Shown here: one piece after another, positions 58,001-64,000 of the stretch | Position numbering within the stretch: the first letter of the stretch is position 1 | Layout of the letters: every line of letters begins with the position of its first letter | IMG/VR virus record: IMGVR_UViG_3300042516_004943 | Location: 1 to 64,000 of that record | DNA length: 64,000 nucleotides | Source: a virus | Reading direction: 5' to 3' (one strand) | The notes under the pieces: model-generated | Databases searched by the model: none | Seen by the model: only the letters and a program-made list of their open reading frames with translations | Told to the model about the DNA's origin: nothing | Translations under genes and position numbers: made by a program

Positions 58001-59764
58001 AGAATGCCAACAGGAAAAACTCTTGATGGCGTGTCATCTATTTTAGATCCAAATCAAATAAAAGCTGCTATAAGAATGTGGCAAGGACAAGGGGGTGCTG
58101 CCCCTGTTTCTACACAGCAGGGAATAGACCCTTCCAGCTTTCAAGATGTAAAATCTTATATCGACGCTTTAGCATCAAGATCTGGTCCTTATGGCTATAT
58201 GTCCAGAGAAACTTCTCAAGGCGGAACAGACGTTGTCGATGCTGCAACAGGAACAAGAAGTTGGTGGGGGCCAGGCGCAAAACAGCCAGAAATGTTGCCA
58301 AACTTTTTCTCATCTACAAAAGACCAAAAAATAGAGGCAGATAGGGTAATAATAGACGCAAGTGGCGGATCTGTAGAGTGGAGTGGGGTATCTGCATCTT
58401 CTGGAATTATGCCTGCAGATTATGGTGATAACGAAAAAAATCAACAGCTCCAAAATATGCGCGATGTTGTTTCAAAAGCTTTTCAAGATGCCGTGCTTGA
58501 TCGTATGCAGGCTCAAAATGGAGGAGGTTTTAGACTCAATGCGCAAGACGCTTTTGGTGGCGCTTGGGCTGGACAGTTGCCAGAAGAAACTCGACAAAAG
58601 ATAAATGAATGGCAAGGACCTGGTGAAGCTAAGACCGTAGAAGAGGCAGCCGCTCGCATAATGACTGAATTGTTGACTGGAAATATTCCAGAACAATTTT
58701 TTGAAGGTGGAGAAATGACAGAGGCAGCCGGTCAGTTTTTAAATGATTTTGCAAAGTATATGATACCTGTTAATCCTGCGGGAGAAACAGGAACACCTTT
58801 AGAAAGTCTTCCGCCAAATCCGGTTAGACTTCCTGGCGAACCAGGATATGAAGAATATATGCAGCAATATCAGCCAAAAGAACCAGCTGATCCTTTTGCT
58901 GGGTATGTTCCGCCAAATCAGCTACCAAATTTTGCTCCGGCCACAACGCCTACTCCAACACCTACCCCAACACCAGCGCCAGCAGCAACTCCTACGCCAA
59001 CACCAACTCAAGAAACGGGCTGCCTTAATAATGAAAGCGTAAGAAAGCTCTGTTCTGGATCTGTAGATAGTGCAATTGGAAGCCCTGTCGGTGCTGCTTC
59101 TGGCGGATTAAATAGTCAGCAAGTGGGAACTGCTAATATCGAAGCTCAGCAAGCAAATGTCTCTGCAACTTCAACTACTGGCACTGACAGTGGGGGAACA
59201 AGCAGCGCAGGACTTTCACAAGCCGCTGATTCTTTAAAAACATCTTTTTCTACACTCTCTCAATCAGCTGCGTCTGCAGCTACAGCATTTAGCTCTTTAA
59301 ATACGGCGGTTCCGGCAGCCGCACAAGCATTGGGTGGATTATCGGCAACGCTTCCATCAGTCACTCAAGGATTTGGACAGCTATCTTCTCAAGTTCCATC
59401 TGTAAATGCTGAATTTGGATCTTTGGAAGGGGCTCTTGGCGGATTTTCGTCACGAGTGAATGAAATTAATTTTGATGCATTTAATGAAGGAATAAGGTCA
59501 ATTGGAGATTCGGCATCTTCTTTAAAACAAGTGTTAGGTACGCCAATAAGAGTTGATATTAGTGGAAAAATTGATGCGCCATCTATAACTACTACTGTTA
59601 ATGTAGATTCATCATCAGTAACAAATGCAGTACAATCTACGGCGGCTCAAATTTCGCAACAAATAACAGCTTGGACAAGAAGAATAGAATCTCAATTGCA
59701 AAGATTGGCAAGTCAGGTAGCCGCAGCTACTTCGACCGCTCAAGCTGCTAATAGAAGAGGTTAA
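52007..59764 (+). CDS. tape measure protein (TP901-like N-terminal domain)
   Basis: 2585 aa, Ala-rich; ELARQG...VDAAFAVSSADLAEAL...GNSLKTIFTR. Confidence 0.9.
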   Translation: MAIASLPLDVVGNTAQLRRQIEQIQKTPIILDVKANTRGAAPLGRISGEISEIDKSLAAANARVIAFGASVGAIYALERAVQGLFQSFVNTEKKLADINAVLNLDGGGIAAFGDRLFDVAANTAQSFDTVATAATELARQGLGVDETLRRTNDALILTRLSGLDAAASVEALTAAINSFSTQALNSGEIVNKLANVDAAFAVSSADLAEALSRVGSSASDAGVSFDELIALVTTAQQVTSRGGSVIGNSLKTIFTRLNRQDTLDLLGGLGIETTDAEGKLKNQVQLLRELAVVYDDLNQVQKGEVAEKVGGVFQINILRAALSDLGKEYSIYDRALQTSISSTDEAIQRNAQLNQTIAALGAQTLANVQKSASKIGEGLFGPAANNILNAVNYIAQAANQIDSDGIGAKVGKGIIDGIGKFLGGPGLAILGAVLTKLGLSFAKYLGEASKSILGTNQAAKNQAVIQQAVGSFLAKNSSLYQSILKGQTTATQAAQLFLKQIQAQTVELQRQVGVANAVAAAVAKAANASRTAAAATAAVPVRSGGGKVRAMGHVPNFSASAADAYLAKKKGGYEPGSPQQTKIGGQVINWNGAESLVQYPGAKTPAIVPPENSRAGKSYRKDFIKASGGMDPYDSAKAMGFVPNFAFTIGGKQYRTNAAVAQNIRSGNITESQAAAAGYKPSRNSPAGRAAANKQSQKKPDITVGGPRYAYLYASGGDKGLVASTAYLPDNRKVNFSFSKAGIKKPFNFKDEVNQHITPGFNQIAKKIYPSALGGPGYMMQYFDKSGTNQTLGRLFEAAVLRAVRPKADVSGASGGSNFDIPSLAASDRRAFAEIFSGAPTYRNADFKYSAPGGTAADGNVKSFVAKLLTAKGVSATKKDIFTTPRSTQSSGKKAALGFIPNFAAVSEAVNREIQAGAKPNQIGIDTNNKLKSSSNKMGVGVWSTAFESSLAEGISMAKKSGINPKTKGQPAASGYIPNFAEGDSGDIGAGLTATAINAAILSSLFIGQRGEQSELKRAINEEVQARRDAIKQQRLAEAEKELLDKQEQQRKYKAIQNEKTGATEYVSKKTGRYVDPSLGRKELERIDKNLQSERRDIGKAIDQQTKNLKPNAIDRIKGGVRTPGIGLGAAIAAPILTSMIEDMIPQDTQAGRTAASAVSGIGDVISMAGTGATIGMAGGPKGAAIGAIIGAGVGLWQAFSGTVKEASTDMPELAAAAEAATTDFQTFQDATTTASTALQKYQDIVDSGGSEIEKQKALGEYEQALLNIDPKDMAELDRLMSMGDNFNEAAEKIARLKIPDVARQQATSDIAELIPKIKDLIGKQQVPTKDIEKALADQISKGIFAGLNPKEILDKAGFALDPDLLNKAFDPRAIAQTLEKLLPGTDESSKDLRDRIQQALKDENIAGYIQSVLKEAVQDKAKQAQIVANTQKTADAVIDLNKSMYGGAAGLVANQPKLEPSADQQTVQSLLDWVPTMTGYDPRQGGTGGYKPYDLAYFNDNKDVQEAQQAIKDAAARMAYGLEPTAQQISDVFEGVLLKQTAALQMIGGDVDQAAVIAAGRVREMFDLDNQAVGNMPAIGDLLHEWLAKALDRLKADPQNPQLQKNAKDAQEAYDNFARSTMPKPQSTQTEQMLAKMREDAVKLAAEETKMRREILENTIKSLGKAPEKYEYISETAEEINKKLKEAREAFERDSYWLQGPNREKRQNEISDLESQLAAEIDAAIQLSETSKQAADSIQQMSDCAVAACDSAITRPLKENAAANGTPSIIAEPAAAEVPVVVPVAKPTVSETERNPFAGSGVQSVTDKITSVDQKVAYLQNSLDGILQANQGSQSHLEELITPVSSILDNTSALSSKMDFTLKPEQINQMFKTSSALAQRSIIDLGNSITNDVIKVDSNLESALKLLQSLEDVNDLLTESKSIDKHSENLDKSVAAGNETREDVLAKVKELTGILPIIKQISNAKILKGGCLDICEMPLTQKLDGKTKDQLIKEAEGRMPTGKTLDGVSSILDPNQIKAAIRMWQGQGGAAPVSTQQGIDPSSFQDVKSYIDALASRSGPYGYMSRETSQGGTDVVDAATGTRSWWGPGAKQPEMLPNFFSSTKDQKIEADRVIIDASGGSVEWSGVSASSGIMPADYGDNEKNQQLQNMRDVVSKAFQDAVLDRMQAQNGGGFRLNAQDAFGGAWAGQLPEETRQKINEWQGPGEAKTVEEAAARIMTELLTGNIPEQFFEGGEMTEAAGQFLNDFAKYMIPVNPAGETGTPLESLPPNPVRLPGEPGYEEYMQQYQPKEPADPFAGYVPPNQLPNFAPATTPTPTPTPTPAPAATPTPTPTQETGCLNNESVRKLCSGSVDSAIGSPVGAASGGLNSQQVGTANIEAQQANVSATSTTGTDSGGTSSAGLSQAADSLKTSFSTLSQSAASAATAFSSLNTAVPAAAQALGGLSATLPSVTQGFGQLSSQVPSVNAEFGSLEGALGGFSSRVNEINFDAFNEGIRSIGDSASSLKQVLGTPIRVDISGKIDAPSITTTVNVDSSSVTNAVQSTAAQISQQITAWTRRIESQLQRLASQVAAATSTAQAANRRG

Positions 59765-59769
59765 TTAAA

Positions 59770-61326
59770 ATGATTTTTGATAATGTTTCTTTACTAAATT
59801 ACTCATACAACAACCTATCTTTAGATGATAGTTTTACTTACGGTGTAGAAAAAAATATTTCTATTAATGGGCATTTGCTTGATTTGGAAAACAGCAATGG
59901 GGTTAGTGGAGTTTTCAGCGGAATATATGATTTGCAGAAAAAAACCAAAACTCCAGAAAGTATATTTATTAACGGAGTAAATTTTGGTAGCGGATATATT
60001 ACTAAAATTAATATTGATGGTGATAAGTGGGTTAGAACAGCAAAATACACTGCTGATATAACAGTTATATCAAGCGGCAATTTATATAACATGACCGGAT
60101 CCTTCTTTACTGGAGATATGTCATACATCAAAAATAATTTATATAAAATTGGACAGTCATTTTCTGAAGAGTTTGACTTTTCTGCGTCAGAAAATGTTTC
60201 CAATTACAGTCATGATGTTAGTTTTAAATTTGATTCGCCAATAGATTATAATTCAGCTGTAGCTTTAAGTAAACAATTTGCAAATCAAATACTGGGGAAA
60301 GAAGTATTATTTGCATTAACTTCTGGCAAAAGCAACTATCTTAATGGTAAAAAAATATACGAAGAAAAATATGATATAATAAATAAATCTTTTTCTTTTT
60401 CAGAAAATTTTACAAAAAGTTTTTCTGGTACTAATGCCGATATTGCTTATGTATATAATATCAATATTAATACTGATGGCATTACTCAAGTTTCAGAAAA
60501 AGCCGATATTGTTGGGTTAGTTGATAATAGGCTGGACAGTGCTATTGCATCATTTAACTCAAATGCTATTCAATCATATAGTCGGTGCCAAAATATATAT
60601 TCAAAATATTGCACTGGATTTTTAGTAACAAAGCCATTTAGTTCTGGTATAGTTTATAATAGATTCCGGCCCAGTTTTGGTTTTGAAATAGTATTTACCA
60701 ATGATCCTAATGAATTAGATGGGTATTCTTGGCAAGTTATAGTAGAGCCAACATATTCCTCTGTTGAGGAAATAGTGTTGAATGCGTCTATCAATATCGA
60801 AGGCGACGGAAAAGTCGGTACCAGTGAAAAATATCAAAATGCAGTTTTAGGTTTCAATGAAAAAAATCAAATTATCGGCTCAAAAATTACTGGAGCTTAT
60901 ACTGATTTTTATCAAAATAGAGTGAATTCAATAAATAATTTATTTGATAATAAAACATTAAAATTAAAAAATAGACAAATTAGCTCATCCAAATTTCAGG
61001 GAACTATAAACTATGATTTAGTTTATACTACAAAAAATATTACAGGGTTTGTATCTGAAACAACCATGAGAGATGTTCCGAAATATTCAGATTATTTTAT
61101 AAATAATTCTGTAGTTAGGCAGAAACATGAGCAAAATGAAATAAAAACTAAAACAATATCTGTTACTAAAAAATTTGATAGAAATTATGGAATTTATGAT
61201 TGGAGCGATGTTAAAACATCGCAATGCGATACATGTACTGTAAACAGAATTCAAATAGATACTTCTAATAATACTGTCACGGAATCTAAAACGATTTATG
61301 ATGAAATTTTCCAAACCTTAACATGA
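59770..61326 (+). CDS. tail tip/hub protein (putative)
   Basis: Follows TMP; beta-rich; resembles the next ORF. Confidence 0.5.
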   Translation: MIFDNVSLLNYSYNNLSLDDSFTYGVEKNISINGHLLDLENSNGVSGVFSGIYDLQKKTKTPESIFINGVNFGSGYITKINIDGDKWVRTAKYTADITVISSGNLYNMTGSFFTGDMSYIKNNLYKIGQSFSEEFDFSASENVSNYSHDVSFKFDSPIDYNSAVALSKQFANQILGKEVLFALTSGKSNYLNGKKIYEEKYDIINKSFSFSENFTKSFSGTNADIAYVYNININTDGITQVSEKADIVGLVDNRLDSAIASFNSNAIQSYSRCQNIYSKYCTGFLVTKPFSSGIVYNRFRPSFGFEIVFTNDPNELDGYSWQVIVEPTYSSVEEIVLNASINIEGDGKVGTSEKYQNAVLGFNEKNQIIGSKITGAYTDFYQNRVNSINNLFDNKTLKLKNRQISSSKFQGTINYDLVYTTKNITGFVSETTMRDVPKYSDYFINNSVVRQKHEQNEIKTKTISVTKKFDRNYGIYDWSDVKTSQCDTCTVNRIQIDTSNNTVTESKTIYDEIFQTLT

Positions 61327-62870
61327 ACACTATTCATTATAATAATAAAGATTTATTTAGTGGTATTTGTTTAACGCCCTATGTTGCGTATAGGTACGAA
61401 ACAGATGGGGTAATATACGGGAATACGTCATTAACTTTAGAAGGTTTAATAGTTTCAGATAATTCTTGTAATGATCCTTTTCTTTCTATAAATACAAAGC
61501 AAGATTTGTTAATTAGCAGGCTTTCTGAAAATTATAAAAAACTACAAATAAAAGAAAATAATAGTATTGTTTTTTCTTCTGATTATGCAAATATTCAAGA
61601 GATTAATTTTGAAAGATCTCAATATGTTTATGGAGTTCCGTTTTCTATAAATATAGATTGTTACGATTATAATAATTTTAGTGGTGCATTTTTTATTAAA
61701 GATCCGAGGGATGTTTTTACTATTAGAGAATCAGATAATAATAACACTGTTTCTGTTGTTCACTCCATAGAAGCTAAAGCTGTAAATAGTGATAATTTGG
61801 CAATTCAAAATGCAAAAAATTGGGTTTATGGACAAAGTGGATTAAAAAACTTCGTTACGCCGACAAAATTTCAAACAGTAAAGAATAATTTAATTTTAAC
61901 ATCAGTCAAAGAAAATATCAATAGATTTGATGGAAGTTATAAGCTTGATGAAACATATATTTATGATAAAAATTTTAACGAAAATATGTTTGTTTTGAGA
62001 TATAATACAGACACAAATATTTCTAAAAATAATTTTAATACTGTTACGTTACGTGGTGAATTATTTGGAGGCTTGGCTTCTGATATTAATTTATTAAGAA
62101 ATAGGTTTAAACAGTTAAATTTTTATGATATTGCTGCTGATGGCTATTTTTTATCAACGAATTTAAGAGATCTTAGCAGATTTTATTTATCTTCTGGGGT
62201 CAATGAAAATAGCAATGAAAAGAAAATAGATTTTAATATACAATTTGATAATAATAATACAAATCTTGTAAATGTAGATTCTACGGCCGCTATATCTGAA
62301 GGTTTTTCATATGACTCTCAGCAAGCATCCGCAACTTTACGCAGTATTATCTCTTGTAGGTTTGGAAATTTAGATGAAAGACTATCGCAAGTTTATAATT
62401 ACTATAAAAACGTTTTTAACAGAGATGGAGAATTTTTAAATAATATTGCATCAATGTTTGACTACAATTTTTCTTGGTTTAGATTGGGAAGCGAAAACGT
62501 ATCCATAGATGAGAGAAAGGGAACTATTACATACAATTGCTCTTGGAATATACATAAAAATTATAATATACTAAATAATAGAATTAAAAATACAAATCTT
62601 AGAATTTCTGAAGAAGGCAAAAAGCAAGTTTATAGCTTTAGGCAGCCACTTTGTTCGGATTGGTTTGCGCAAAAATCATATATAACAAAAAAATTATGCT
62701 CTATCGAAGGCACAATAGAAATGTATGATACAGCCACAAGTGTACCAGCATTCTACAAAGATATTATAAATAGCAGAATACCAAATAGAATTATTAGACA
62801 GGATACTGTTGAATTAAAGGATAGGGAAAAAAATGTGTATAACGTTGTATATCAAATAGAAGAATTATAA
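61323..62870 (+). CDS. tail tip/hub protein (putative)
   Basis: ATGA-coupled; similar size and pattern to the previous ORF. Confidence 0.5.
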   Translation: MNTIHYNNKDLFSGICLTPYVAYRYETDGVIYGNTSLTLEGLIVSDNSCNDPFLSINTKQDLLISRLSENYKKLQIKENNSIVFSSDYANIQEINFERSQYVYGVPFSINIDCYDYNNFSGAFFIKDPRDVFTIRESDNNNTVSVVHSIEAKAVNSDNLAIQNAKNWVYGQSGLKNFVTPTKFQTVKNNLILTSVKENINRFDGSYKLDETYIYDKNFNENMFVLRYNTDTNISKNNFNTVTLRGELFGGLASDINLLRNRFKQLNFYDIAADGYFLSTNLRDLSRFYLSSGVNENSNEKKIDFNIQFDNNNTNLVNVDSTAAISEGFSYDSQQASATLRSIISCRFGNLDERLSQVYNYYKNVFNRDGEFLNNIASMFDYNFSWFRLGSENVSIDERKGTITYNCSWNIHKNYNILNNRIKNTNLRISEEGKKQVYSFRQPLCSDWFAQKSYITKKLCSIEGTIEMYDTATSVPAFYKDIINSRIPNRIIRQDTVELKDREKNVYNVVYQIEEL

Positions 62871-62873
62871 ATT

Positions 62874-64000
62874 ATGTCAGCCAATTCAATAGAATATTTT
62901 CATAAATTGTACGGTGTAAACCCAAATTCAGTTTTTGGATATTTTGATTTTGCATATTCAGGTTACAGTGGAAAAAATCAACTGACCGGTTTGCAAAGTG
63001 GGAACAGTAGCAAGCTTATAATTACAGATCCAAATAGTTCTATTTGGAAAAACTCTGGATCTTTATCGCTGGATGCCAGCTCTTATTTAAAATATGAAGG
63101 ACTATTAGTTAATCCTTATGCTGCCGCTATATCTTTTTCGAGAGATGCAGAGAAAGAATACCTATTATTTTCATCTATGGGGCAAACTAATGGCGTGTAT
63201 TCTGGGTTTAATGTTGGAATAAGCGCTTATGGCTATCCATATGTTGAATATATAGATAACATATATGGTCGGGTTACATTGCTTAATACAAGCAATAGAT
63301 ATCCAAAAACAGGAATTTTATTTATTGAAGTAGATAATAATTCATGCTCTTTGGGCACTTTTACAGACCCAGATAATTTCAATATTGAAAAATGTAAATT
63401 TTTCCAAAATGGATATGCGCAATCTAATAGTATATATATTGGTGGAAATCCTAATTTAAATAATAATAATTTTTCTGGTAAAATTTTTGAATTTATTTTG
63501 CAATCAAAAGATTTTTTATCATACGATCCAAATTTAATTTTGAGTGGATTTCTTTACGATGTACAGTCAATAAAAACTACAGGCTATATAAGTGGGCAAA
63601 CTGGTGTTTTGTATGGCGATATAATATCTGTAAGTGGATGTCAATTTTTTGTTTCAGACACTAGAACAGAATCTGTTGTAGTAAATGTTTATACAGGAAT
63701 TACTGAATATTTTTCCAATGAACAAGAATTTAGAGATTTTAATAACGATATATACTATTCTTTTACAACGTCTTTTTTGACTGGAGTTGTTAATGCTGGA
63801 CTATTAGAATCTGCACCAGAAAGATCTTTTTCTTGTTTTAGCAATACAGACTATTCAAGTTTATTTCAGTACAGTTCTGGATATGTAATAAATTATAGTA
63901 TTACTAATTATTACTCTATTCCAAAATTTGAAGAATTCTTTTTAAGATATTCAAGTGGAATTTCGTATAACTTTACAAATACCGGAGATAGTATATTTAA
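62874..64000 (+). CDS. tail protein with probable LamG-like domain (partial, runs off right edge)
   Basis: Not in ORF track; MSANSIEYFHKLYG...; LLFSS...SGFNVGI...IYIGG...FSGKI; in frame at the edge. Confidence 0.65.
   Translation, partial: MSANSIEYFHKLYGVNPNSVFGYFDFAYSGYSGKNQLTGLQSGNSSKLIITDPNSSIWKNSGSLSLDASSYLKYEGLLVNPYAAAISFSRDAEKEYLLFSSMGQTNGVYSGFNVGISAYGYPYVEYIDNIYGRVTLLNTSNRYPKTGILFIEVDNNSCSLGTFTDPDNFNIEKCKFFQNGYAQSNSIYIGGNPNLNNNNFSGKIFEFILQSKDFLSYDPNLILSGFLYDVQSIKTTGYISGQTGVLYGDIISVSGCQFFVSDTRTESVVVNVYTGITEYFSNEQEFRDFNNDIYYSFTTSFLTGVVNAGLLESAPERSFSCFSNTDYSSLFQYSSGYVINYSITNYYSIPKFEEFFLRYSSGISYNFTNTGDSIF

Noticed and set aside
15262-64000. Alternative genetic code
   Set aside because: Standard-code ORFs tile the region densely and no suppressor tRNA is present.

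Overview
64 kb of a large tailed dsDNA phage genome (Caudoviricetes; a tail tube and long tape measure are present and no sheath gene is seen, so probably a siphovirus). It has two compositionally distinct parts. (1) Bases 1-14.8 kb are GC-richer (about 50% by eye) and form an early/accessory region of small minus-strand genes: rIIA, rIIB, DUF932, HhH glycosylase-like, GP88-like, SprT-like, 5 tRNAs and candidate structured RNAs. Most genes have their own sigma70-type promoter and appear leaderless. Ten copies of a rigid 75-bp element cut this region into 0.9-1.7 kb cassettes. The element is a 25-bp palindrome, a 25-bp GC spacer with CCAGG at the exact dyad, and a second 25-bp palindrome. CCWGG seems absent from the rest of this region, and four copies have a sigma54-like box exactly 13 bp away. 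This array is the best candidate for an undescribed system. (2) Bases 15.2-64 kb are AT-rich. A minus-strand block encodes paralogous virion proteins with nested Ser/Thr-Gly modules. A plus-strand block encodes PhoH, a sigma factor, an ERCC4 nuclease, terminase, portal, protease/scaffold, capsid, neck, tail tube, chaperones, tape measure and tail-tip proteins, many preceded by a TGTAAT late-promoter-like motif. All calls come from manual motif reading and gene order; no database searches were run.
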